This document shows positions 26,930 through 34,756 of a stretch of 64,000 nucleotides of DNA, in pieces. The stretch's first letter is position 1; every line of letters starts with the position of its first letter. The stretch lies in assembly GCA_036676985.1 (NCBI GenBank), contig JAKFBU010000030.1, forward strand, positions 86,494 through 150,493, in the 5' to 3' direction. The notes below the pieces were generated by a model. That model was not told the origin of the DNA and made no database searches. It saw only the letters and a list, made by a program, of their open reading frames with translations. A program made the position numbers and the translations under genes. This stretch comes from Candidatus Sericytochromatia bacterium (lineage in GTDB: Bacteria > Cyanobacteriota > Sericytochromatia > S15B-MN24 > UBA4093).

Positions 26930-27862
26930 GTGGAAGGCACCCTGGCCATCGAAACCGAGCACCTGACCCGTCGCTTCGACACCTTCACGGCCGTCGAGGA
27001 CCTGACGCTGACCGTTCGCCCCGGCGAGGTCTTCGGCTTCCTCGGCCCCAACGGTGCCGGCAAGACGACGGTCATGCGCATGCTCGCGAGCCTCATCGCG
27101 CCGTCGAGCGGCTCGGCCCGCGTGGTCGGGCACGACGTCGTCACCGAAGGCGAGGCCGTCCGGCGCAAGATCGGTCTTTTGACCGAGACCCCGGGCCTAT
27201 ACCGCAAGCTCTCCGCCGAGGAGAACCTCCGCTACTACGCCCGCCTCTACGGCGTATCGGACGTGTCCAAGGCCATCGAGCGCTACCTGCGGATCCTCGG
27301 GCTCTACGAACGCCGGCACGACCCGGTGGGCAGCTTCTCCAAGGGCATGCGCCAGAAGATCGCCATCGCCCGCGCCCTCATCCACGACCCCGAGCTGGTG
27401 TTCCTCGACGAGCCCACCTCGGGCCTGGATCCGGAAGCCGCCCGGGTCGTGCTCGACTTCATCCTGGAGCTCCGGGCGCAGGGGCGCACGGTCTTTCTCT
27501 GCACGCACCTGCTCGACGAGGCCGAGCGGCTGTGCGATCGCGTCGGCGTCTTCAAGCGCCGGCTCATCGCCGTGGACACGCCGGCTCGGCTGCGCTCCAC
27601 CCGCTTCGGGAGCCGGACGGTCATCGACCTGGTGCGGCGCGACGACCGCCTCCTCTCGGCCCTCTCCGGCCTGCCGTTCGTTCAGAGCGTCCAGTGGCGC
27701 AACCACGAGCTGGTGGTGATCCTCAGCAACCCCGAGGACCAGAATCCGGCCGTGGTGCGCACCCTGGTCGAGGCGGGCGCGGAGATCCGCTTCGTCCGCG
27801 AGGAGAAGGCCTCCCTGGAGCAGGTCTACTTGTCCTTGACGGGGAGTCTTCGCCTTGAGTAG
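26930..27862 (+). CDS. ABC-2 type exporter ATP-binding subunit
   Basis: GPNGAGKTT, FSKGMRQK, VFLDEPTSGLDP, H-loop; start set to GTG 26930. Confidence 0.92.
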   Translation: MEGTLAIETEHLTRRFDTFTAVEDLTLTVRPGEVFGFLGPNGAGKTTVMRMLASLIAPSSGSARVVGHDVVTEGEAVRRKIGLLTETPGLYRKLSAEENLRYYARLYGVSDVSKAIERYLRILGLYERRHDPVGSFSKGMRQKIAIARALIHDPELVFLDEPTSGLDPEAARVVLDFILELRAQGRTVFLCTHLLDEAERLCDRVGVFKRRLIAVDTPARLRSTRFGSRTVIDLVRRDDRLLSALSGLPFVQSVQWRNHELVVILSNPEDQNPAVVRTLVEAGAEIRFVREEKASLEQVYLSLTGSLRLE

Positions 27863-28664
27863 CCGCTTTTCCCGCTCGCTCATCGTCGTCGGCAAGGAGC
27901 TGCGCGACCTGACGCGCAACCCGGGGCTCATGGCCACCATGCTCGTGCCGGCCCTCCTGTTGACGGCGCTGGCGGTGCTCGCCCTCTATGCGGCGGGGCT
28001 CGCGGCCGCGGGTGCCCAGGGCGCTCCGCCCAAGGGCCTGGTGCTGCCTGCCCTGCTCGAGGGGGCGACCCGGGCCGAGGCGGCCCAGTTCGTCGCCATC
28101 TCCCCGTTCTTCCTCATCTGGCTGGTGTTTCCGGTCTCGGTGCCGAGCGCGCTCGCGGCCTACTCCATCGTGGGCGAGAAGGAGGAAGGAACGCTCGAGC
28201 CGCTCTTGGCCACGCCCATCGGGACGGGCGAGCTGCTCTTGGGCAAGGCGATCGCGGCCGGGTTGCCGGGGCTCGTGCTCACGTGGGCGTCCTGGCTCGT
28301 CACGCTCCTGGCGGGCCTCGGGCTCGGCGCGGGCCGGGTCATGCAGGCGACGCTCATGAGCCCGGCGTGGCTGGTCGGAATGGCGGGGCTCGCCCCGGCC
28401 CTGACGTTCCTGACGGTGATGGTGCTCGTCAACGTCAGCTCGCGGGTCAACGACGTGCGTTCGGCCACGCAGATCGGCGGTCTCCTGGTGTTGCCCATCA
28501 TCGGGCTGTTCGTCTCGCAGATCAGCCGGGGGCTGCTCCTGGGCGTGCCCACGGTCCTCTGGGCCACGGGCGGGGTGCTCCTTGCGGGCCTCGTGGCCAT
28601 GGCCCTGGCCGTGCGCCTGTTCCAGCGCGAGACCATCCTGGTGCGCTGGAAGCAGAGCCGCTAG
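27855..28664 (+). CDS. ABC-2 type exporter permease
   Basis: AAYSIVGEKEEGTLEPLLATPI...GK motif; about 6 TM helices; overlaps ATPase stop. Confidence 0.9.
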   Translation: MSSRFSRSLIVVGKELRDLTRNPGLMATMLVPALLLTALAVLALYAAGLAAAGAQGAPPKGLVLPALLEGATRAEAAQFVAISPFFLIWLVFPVSVPSALAAYSIVGEKEEGTLEPLLATPIGTGELLLGKAIAAGLPGLVLTWASWLVTLLAGLGLGAGRVMQATLMSPAWLVGMAGLAPALTFLTVMVLVNVSSRVNDVRSATQIGGLLVLPIIGLFVSQISRGLLLGVPTVLWATGGVLLAGLVAMALAVRLFQRETILVRWKQSR

Positions 28665-29344
28665 AGTCCCTTCAACACGTAGCCCACGCCCCGCACGGTG
28701 TGGATCAGCTTGGGCCGCTCGGCCTGCTCGATCTTGTTGCGCAGGTGGCGCACGTAGACCTCGAGGATGTTGTCCTCGCCCTCGAAGTCGTAGCCCCAGA
28801 CCGCCTCGATGATCCGCTCGCGGGGCATCACCTTGTTGGGATTCTGGATCAGGCACTTGAGCAGCTCGTACTCCTTGGGGGTCAAGGAGATCTCCGCGTC
28901 GCCCCGCCGCACCTGGCGGCTCTCCACGTCCAGGCTCAGATCTCCGATCGCATGCACCGTCTTGGGCTGGGGCCGCCGCATGCGCAGCTGCGCGTGCACG
29001 CGTGCGACCAGCTCGTCCAGGTCGAAGGGCTTGGGCAGGTAGTCGCTGGCGCCGCTGTTGAGGCCCTCGATGCGGTCCGGGATCTCCCCGAAGGCCGTCA
29101 GCATCAGAATGGGCACGTCCGACGTCTGACGGATGCGCCGGCAGACCTCGAGGCCGTCCATGCCGGGCAGGGAGCGATCGAGGATGACGAGGTCGGGAGC
29201 GTCCTGGCGCGCCGCCGACAGCCCGGCCTGACCGTCGGTGGCGACGCGGACCTCGAAGCCCTCCGCGCCAAGCCGCACGGCCACGAGCTCGGCGACCTCG
29301 GGGGCGTCTTCGACGACGATGATTCGGGCAGACTGCGCGGGCAT
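28661..29344 (-). CDS. OmpR/PhoB-family response regulator (MprA-like); no kinase adjacent
   Basis: VVED..DLVILD..LPGMDG..LTA..DYLPKPF receiver; LTPKEYELL..VWG..LEVYVRHLRNKI..IHTVRGVGY wHTH. Confidence 0.93.
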   Translation of the reverse strand: MPAQSARIIVVEDAPEVAELVAVRLGAEGFEVRVATDGQAGLSAARQDAPDLVILDRSLPGMDGLEVCRRIRQTSDVPILMLTAFGEIPDRIEGLNSGASDYLPKPFDLDELVARVHAQLRMRRPQPKTVHAIGDLSLDVESRQVRRGDAEISLTPKEYELLKCLIQNPNKVMPRERIIEAVWGYDFEGEDNILEVYVRHLRNKIEQAERPKLIHTVRGVGYVLKGL

Positions 29345-29422
29345 GCAACGCCTTTCTAGACGGGCCACTCATGGAGTACATACGCGACCGGCTCGCCGTC
29401 TAAACGTCCCTAGCCGAGCGAC

Positions 29423-29439
29423 CTTCAGGGTTCTTTCAG
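29423..29439. promoter_or_regulatory. Direct repeat in the divergent promoter (candidate response-regulator box)
   Basis: CTTCAG-N5-TTTCAG, 11-bp period. Confidence 0.45.
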
Positions 29440-29516
29440 CTTCATTGGATACGTTTAATGTGTCGAACGCAGCCACTCGTGCCGAGGCGCTGCTCAGTGG
29501 CCAAAGGAGTATCGCC

Positions 29517-30038
29517 ATGCAGAAGACCCTGACCCTCGCACTCGTCGCCCTCGCCCTTGCCGGCTGCGGCTCCACGTCCACCCTCTCCGGCCCGACCTAC
29601 GGCAGCGCCCGCCTCCTGACGGAGGCCACCGACGCCCGCAGCGTCCAGTACCTCGCGAGCGACATCCAGGCCGCGCGCGTCACGGTGCTCGGCTCGGTCA
29701 ACGGCGGGGCCTTCACCGAGATCACGCGTGCCGACTTCACGGGCGCAGCCCTCGCGAGCAAGCTCAGCAACAACACCTTCAGCTTCACGGTGGACAACCT
29801 CAAGGTGAGCGACACCGTCACCAGCTACAGCTACCAGGCCAAGGTCGAGACCTACCTCGAGACGGCCATGACCACCCTGCTCGGCAACAGCACCTCCAGC
29901 GGCTTCACCGTCACCGCGAGCCAGACGCCGACCACCATCACCATGCCGACGCTCAAGCTGCTCGCGAGCCCCATCGGCAGCGGCAGCGCCGGCGTCACCA
30001 TCATCGACACCCCGACTCCTGCCGTGGTCATCCGGTAG
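29517..30038 (+). CDS. Lipoprotein with RxVQY motif
   Basis: ATG after AAAGGAG; lipobox LAGC; YGSARLL..RSVQYLASDIQAARVTV; strong codon bias. Confidence 0.8.
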   Translation: MQKTLTLALVALALAGCGSTSTLSGPTYGSARLLTEATDARSVQYLASDIQAARVTVLGSVNGGAFTEITRADFTGAALASKLSNNTFSFTVDNLKVSDTVTSYSYQAKVETYLETAMTTLLGNSTSSGFTVTASQTPTTITMPTLKLLASPIGSGSAGVTIIDTPTPAVVIR

Positions 30039-30058
30039 GACCCTTCGGGATCGCGGCC

Positions 30059-30781
30059 ATGGGTCTCGGACGGCAGCTGGCGGCAACGGCCCTCTTGGGG
30101 CTCGTCGCGTCCGGCTGCGCCGCCCGGGACGTCACAGGAACGGGCAGCGCCCTTGTCGTCTTGCCCGCCGGCCGCCGGGTCCAGTACGTCTCCTCGGACG
30201 TACGATCCCTGAAGGTCACCATCACGCGCCAGGCCGACGGTCAGACGTACGTGAAGTCCTATCCCGGCACGGCCCTCGCTCCGATTGCCGCAGGCAGCCG
30301 GTTCACCTTCTCGGCCGACAACCTGACGCCCGGCACCTACGTGGCGCGACTGGATGCCTTCGGCGACGCGGGCCAGACCATGTCGCTCGGCAGCGTGACC
30401 TCGGCCCCGTTCGGGGTCGTTCCGCAGGTCGTGACCCCGGTGACCCTGCCGAGCCTGGTCCTGCCCCCCACGCCCGTCGGCGACTGGCGCCTGACCCTCA
30501 CGGTCGCCCTTTCGGGCGGCTACACGATCACCGACTACGCCACCCGGCTCGAGAGCCCGGCGGGCACCGTGGCGACGGGTCCTGCGGGCACCTCGCTCGC
30601 CGACACCAGTTCCTTCACGTGGGGCAACGCGCCCGCTGTTCCCGCAGGCCTCAGCACGACCTCCGTCACGGTCAACGCCATGCGCAAGAACGGCCAGCGT
30701 GCCACCAAGACCTTTACCGCCACCGCCAGCATCGTCGCCGGAAGCACCGCCACGTCGTCGCTCGCGATCGCCTTTCCCTAG
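30059..30781 (+). CDS. Lipoprotein with RxVQY motif, paralog of 29517-30038 with an extra domain
   Basis: Lipobox ASGC; GSALVVLP..RRVQYVSSDVRSLKVTI; shared FTFSADNL/FSFTVDNL and LGS.TS..F motifs. Confidence 0.8.
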   Translation: MGLGRQLAATALLGLVASGCAARDVTGTGSALVVLPAGRRVQYVSSDVRSLKVTITRQADGQTYVKSYPGTALAPIAAGSRFTFSADNLTPGTYVARLDAFGDAGQTMSLGSVTSAPFGVVPQVVTPVTLPSLVLPPTPVGDWRLTLTVALSGGYTITDYATRLESPAGTVATGPAGTSLADTSSFTWGNAPAVPAGLSTTSVTVNAMRKNGQRATKTFTATASIVAGSTATSSLAIAFP

Positions 30782-30790
30782 GAGGAAGCC

Positions 30791-30898
30791 ATGCCGTACC
30801 TGCTGCTAGCCGCCGTGACGGCCTGCCTTCTTGCCGGCTGCCCCGCGACGGTCAATTCGCCTCAGCCCCAGCCGGATCGCGCCGTCTCGATCCGCTAG
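30791..30898 (+). CDS. 35-aa small lipoprotein (absent from ORF track)
   Basis: SD GGAGG 30781-30785; MPYLLLAAVTACLLAGC-PATVNSPQPQPDRAVSIR*. Confidence 0.65.
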   Translation: MPYLLLAAVTACLLAGCPATVNSPQPQPDRAVSIR

Positions 30899-30922
30899 CC
30901 CTTCCAGGACGCCCGATGGGCG

Positions 30923-30931
30923 TGCTAAAGT
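30923..30931 (+). promoter_or_regulatory. Extended -10 element, putative leaderless pabB promoter
   Basis: TGC-TAAAGT then 6 nt to ATG 30938, no SD. Confidence 0.5.
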
Positions 30932-30937
30932 GAGCGC

Positions 30938-32326
30938 ATGAGTTCGCCGTACGTACGTCCTATCGATCTCGACCCCCTGCAACTCCGCGCCTTCGCGGCC
31001 TCTCAGCCCCACGGCTTCATCCTCGACAGCGGCCATGCCCCCGACGGCTGGCAGTTCGTCGGCTTCCGTCCGCGCTGGACCCTGACCTGCCGCGGGGAGC
31101 TGCGGATCCTCGAGCGCGACGGCGTCATCGAGACCTCGCGCGGTCATGCCCTCGACGCCCTCCGCCAGGTCATGGACGCATGGCGCCTCGCTCCCGGGGG
31201 TGACACTCCGCCCTTCTGGGGCGGCGGGGTCGGCTTCCTCAGCTACGACCTCGGCTGGCAGCTCGAGCGGCTACCGCGGCGGACCGAGGACGACCTGCAC
31301 ACCCCCGAGCTCTCCTGGGCCTTCTACGACGCGGTGGTCGCCATTCCGGCCTCCGGAACGCCCCTCCTGTGCGTCACGCCCGCGCCGGGCGAGCCGGAGG
31401 ACCGGCTCGAGGCCAAGCGAGCGGAATGGGAGCGGGAGCTGCGATCGCTCCCCCCTTACGACTCCGTCCCGCCCGGGCGGGCCGCCGGCGCTCCCAGGGC
31501 GACTTTCACCCGTGACGCCTACCTGCGGGCGGTCGGCGCCCTCAAGGAGCGCATCGCTGCGGGCGACCTGTACCAGGCCAACCTCTCCCAGCGCTTCGCC
31601 ATTCCCTTCGAAGGCGACGCCCACGCCTACTTCGAGGAGCTGCGGGCACGCAACCCCGCCCCCTTCGGGGCCTTCCTCAACTGGCCCGAGTTCACGGTCC
31701 TGAGCAGCTCTCCCGAGCGCTTCCTGCGCCTGCGCCGGGGCCGGGTGGAGACGGCTCCCATCAAGGGGACCCGACCCCGCGGCCGCACGCCCGCCGAGGA
31801 TCGGGAGCTCGCGGACGCCCTCGCCACGAGCGAGAAGGATCGCGCGGAGCACCTGATGATCGTGGACCTGGAGCGCAACGACCTGGGCCGCGTGTGCCGG
31901 ATCGGCTCCGTGCACGTGCCCGAGCGCTTCGTACTCGAGGCCCATCCGACCGTCTGGCACCTGGTGTCCACGGTGGCCGGGGAGCTCGGCGCCGACCGGG
32001 ACACCGTCGACCTCTTGCGGGCGACCTTTCCGGGCGGCTCCATCACGGGCGCGCCGAAGCTCAAGGCCATGGAGATCCTCGAGGGCCTCGAGCCCACCCG
32101 CCGTGGCCTGTACACGGGCTCGATCGGGTACATGGGGAGAGACGGCGACCTGGACTTGAGCATCGTCATCCGGACGGCGATCCTGAAGGATGGGACGGCC
32201 TATCTGCAGGTGGGCGGCGGGATCGTGGCGGACTCGGATCCGGCCTCCGAATACCAGGAGACGCTCGACAAGGCCAAGGCCTTCTTTCGCACGTTGGGAG
32301 TGGAGACCGCATGCGAGTTGTCCTGA
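30938..32326 (+). CDS. pabB: Aminodeoxychorismate synthase component I
   Basis: GDLYQANLSQRF, SSSPERFL, PIKGTRPRG, KDRAEHLMIVDLERNDLG, FPGGSITGAPK; PIKGT favours PabB over TrpE. Confidence 0.9.
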   Translation: MSSPYVRPIDLDPLQLRAFAASQPHGFILDSGHAPDGWQFVGFRPRWTLTCRGELRILERDGVIETSRGHALDALRQVMDAWRLAPGGDTPPFWGGGVGFLSYDLGWQLERLPRRTEDDLHTPELSWAFYDAVVAIPASGTPLLCVTPAPGEPEDRLEAKRAEWERELRSLPPYDSVPPGRAAGAPRATFTRDAYLRAVGALKERIAAGDLYQANLSQRFAIPFEGDAHAYFEELRARNPAPFGAFLNWPEFTVLSSSPERFLRLRRGRVETAPIKGTRPRGRTPAEDRELADALATSEKDRAEHLMIVDLERNDLGRVCRIGSVHVPERFVLEAHPTVWHLVSTVAGELGADRDTVDLLRATFPGGSITGAPKLKAMEILEGLEPTRRGLYTGSIGYMGRDGDLDLSIVIRTAILKDGTAYLQVGGGIVADSDPASEYQETLDKAKAFFRTLGVETACELS

Positions 32327-33108
32327 ACGGTGAACTGCTGAGCGCCGTGGAGGCACGGGTCAGTGCCCTCGACGAGGGGCTGCTCTACGGCTACGGGCTG
32401 TTCGAGACCATCCGTGCCGTCGATGGGCGCATGCCGCTGCTGGATCGTCACCTGGATCGCCTGCATGCGGGCGCGAAGCAGCTGGGCATCGACGTGCCGC
32501 GCGAGCGCGCGGACATCGCTCAAGACCTGGCGCGGGTGGTGGAGGCCGCGGGCCTGGCGGACGCGCGGGTGCGCCTCACGCTCACGCTGGGGTCTCCCGA
32601 GGGCCTCGCGGTGCTCATGGCCATGGCCCACCCGTACCAGGAGCCGGCCGCCCCCTATGACACGTGTCTGGTGCGGGGGCACCCGGGGGCCAACTCGCCG
32701 ACCAAGGGCCTCAAGAGCCTGAGCTATTTGCCGTGGTTGCTTGCGCGCGAGCAGGCGCGGGGGCGGGGCTTCCACGAGGCTGTGATGACCGACGACTCGG
32801 GGCAGATCGTCGAAGGCAGCACGACGAACGTCTTCGCGGTGCTCTCGGAGGGCTACATCGCGACGCCGCCGCTCGAGAGCGGGGCGTTGCCCGGCGTGTC
32901 GCGGGCCTGGGTGATGGAGCGCCTGGGGGATCAGGTGCGCGAGGCACCCCTGGTGCCGCGGGACCTGTACGAGGCGAGCGAGGTCTTCCTGACGAACGCA
33001 CTCCTGGGGGTCATCCCGGCCGGTAAGCTGGGCGATCGCACCCTGGCCATGCCCGAGAATTCTGAAGGCAAGCGATTGAAGGCCGAGTTCGACGCGCTGT
33101 TTCGGTAG
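32311..33108 (+). CDS. pabC: Class IV aminotransferase, probable 4-amino-4-deoxychorismate lyase
   Basis: YGYGLFET, HLDRL, GLKSLSY, EGSTTNVF, LPGVSR, EVFLTNAL; coupled to pabB. Confidence 0.8.
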   Translation: MRVVLNGELLSAVEARVSALDEGLLYGYGLFETIRAVDGRMPLLDRHLDRLHAGAKQLGIDVPRERADIAQDLARVVEAAGLADARVRLTLTLGSPEGLAVLMAMAHPYQEPAAPYDTCLVRGHPGANSPTKGLKSLSYLPWLLAREQARGRGFHEAVMTDDSGQIVEGSTTNVFAVLSEGYIATPPLESGALPGVSRAWVMERLGDQVREAPLVPRDLYEASEVFLTNALLGVIPAGKLGDRTLAMPENSEGKRLKAEFDALFR

Positions 33109-33129
33109 GGCGATCGCCGCCCGGCGCTA

Positions 33130-33206
33130 CCACCCACAACCATCCCCAACCTCTGCTCTCCCCCCAGCCATCAAAAGCCCCCCTTGCCTGGCGGCAAAGG
33201 GGGAAC
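33130..33206. repeat. Degenerate REP-like element (family A-like hairpin plus 17-mer shared with 47803)
   Basis: AAAGCCCCCCTTGCC..GGCAAAGGGGG hairpin; CCACCCACAACCATCCC matches CCACCCACAACAATCCC at 47803-47819 (16/17). Confidence 0.45.
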
Positions 33207-33241
33207 TTGTCGTGGGGAGGTGCAGCGATCGGAGAAACAAT

Positions 33242-33269
33242 GAGCGCCCCGCCGAGTGGCGGGGCGCTC
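33242..33269 (-). terminator. Terminator hairpin after subtilase gene
   Basis: GAGCGCCCCGCC-GAGT-GGCGGGGCGCTC with ATTGTTT tail on the minus strand. Confidence 0.65.
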
Positions 33270-33284
33270 CTTGTTGCAAGCCTC

Positions 33285-34508
33285 TTAGATCGAGAGGGCC
33301 TTGAGGGCGTTGATGCGACCGAAGCCGAAGCTCTTGTCGAAGCCCTGGGCGCCGAGGTCATCGGCCGACTGCTCGAGCTTGGCGCGGACGCCAGCCAGAT
33401 CCAGCGAGGGGTACTTGTCGCGGATCAGCGCGGCCAGACCAGCGGCGGCCGGGGTGGCCATCGAGGTGCCCGAGAGGACGCCGTACTCGGTCTTGCCGAT
33501 GGGGTTGGCCAGCATCGGAAGGGTCGAGAGGATCTTCGAACCGGGGGCCGAGATCGAGATGTGCTTGCCCATGTTCGAGAAGGACGACTTGAGGTCGGCG
33601 CTGTCGGTCGAACCGACGGCGATCACGCCGGGGACGCCAGCGGGGTAGCTGGTGGTCTCGCGACCGTCGTTGCCCATCGCGGCGACGACGACCGAGCCCT
33701 TGCTCATCGCGTACTTGACGGCATCCTCGAGGGCCTTCGAGGTCGACGGACCGCCGAGGCTCATCGAGATGACCTGCGCGCCCTGGTCAGCGGCGTAGAT
33801 GATGCCGTTGGCCACGCCCTCGTACGAGCCGCTGCCCGACTTCGAGAGCACCTTGACCGCGAGGATCGTCACGTTCGGGGCGATACCGGCGATGCCGATG
33901 CCGTTGTTGGCCGAACCCGCCGCGATACCGGCGCAGTGGGTGCCGTGACCCTGATCGTCCATCGCATCGTCGTCGTTGTTGACGAAGTCCTTGCCCTTGA
34001 GGGTGCGGCCCTTCAGGTCGGGGTGGCTGTGGTCCACGCCGGTGTCGACGATGGCGAGCACGGTCTTGGGCGAGCCGGTGGTGATGTCCCAGGCGGCGCG
34101 GGCCTGAACCTTGTCCAGCGTGTACTGGTCCTTGGCCATCGGGTCGTTCACATCGCCCTCGACGCGGAAGTCCGACATGCGAGCGACGTAGTTGGGCTCA
34201 GCGTAGGCGACCTTGCCGGAGGCCTGCAGCTTGGCGATCGTGTCAGCGACGTTGCCGCGGACCTTGATGAGCTGCATGCCGGTGCGGCTGTTGCTGCGGA
34301 CGGTCGAACCGACCGATTCGACGACATCCAGCGCCTCGACACCCGGCTTGAACTTCACCAGGATCTGCTGGGCGACGGCTTCACCCTTCACGGCCTGGGC
34401 GGCATCGTTGCGGATGGCACCAGGGACGTTGCCACAGCCGACCATCGACACGGTGCTGACGGCGGCGATCGAGGTGGCCAGGGCGAGGCGGAGGCGCGCT
34501 TGCATCAT
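33285..34508 (-). CDS. Subtilisin-like S8 serine protease (thermitase-like), lipoprotein with prodomain
   Basis: Triad AIVDTG, HGTHCAG, GTSMA; lipobox MVGC; ILVKFK..YAEPNY prodomain; ATG after AAGGAGA. Confidence 0.93.
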   Translation of the reverse strand: MMQARLRLALATSIAAVSTVSMVGCGNVPGAIRNDAAQAVKGEAVAQQILVKFKPGVEALDVVESVGSTVRSNSRTGMQLIKVRGNVADTIAKLQASGKVAYAEPNYVARMSDFRVEGDVNDPMAKDQYTLDKVQARAAWDITTGSPKTVLAIVDTGVDHSHPDLKGRTLKGKDFVNNDDDAMDDQGHGTHCAGIAAGSANNGIGIAGIAPNVTILAVKVLSKSGSGSYEGVANGIIYAADQGAQVISMSLGGPSTSKALEDAVKYAMSKGSVVVAAMGNDGRETTSYPAGVPGVIAVGSTDSADLKSSFSNMGKHISISAPGSKILSTLPMLANPIGKTEYGVLSGTSMATPAAAGLAALIRDKYPSLDLAGVRAKLEQSADDLGAQGFDKSFGFGRINALKALSI

Positions 34509-34544
34509 CGTCTTCTCCTTCACTGAGCGGAAGCGGAATAATCA

Positions 34545-34645
34545 AACCTTAACCAAAGGTTTAACTCTTAACTTAAGGTTTACCTTACCACCCCCTCGAT
34601 TTCACCTCAAGCCCTCGATCGAGGATTTAACAATCATTTAATTGA
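34545..34645. promoter_or_regulatory. AT-rich regulatory region with multiple TTAAC/TTAAG boxes
   Basis: AAACCTT..AAGGTTT inverted repeat, repeated YTTAAC, TTTAAC-N5-TTTAAT at 34626-34642. Confidence 0.4.
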
Positions 34646-34756
34646 AACCGAACTCGATTTAATAATCCGGCGTCCGGCGCCTCCGTCGAGCAGACGCCAA
34701 GAGGCCCGGCGCCGCCGTTTGGCGGTGCCGGGCCTCGGGATCGAGCGGCTTAACGA

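Noticed and set aside
30938-33108. Absence of pabA next to pabB-pabC
   Set aside because: The glutaminase subunit is often shared with trpG elsewhere, so this is not unusual
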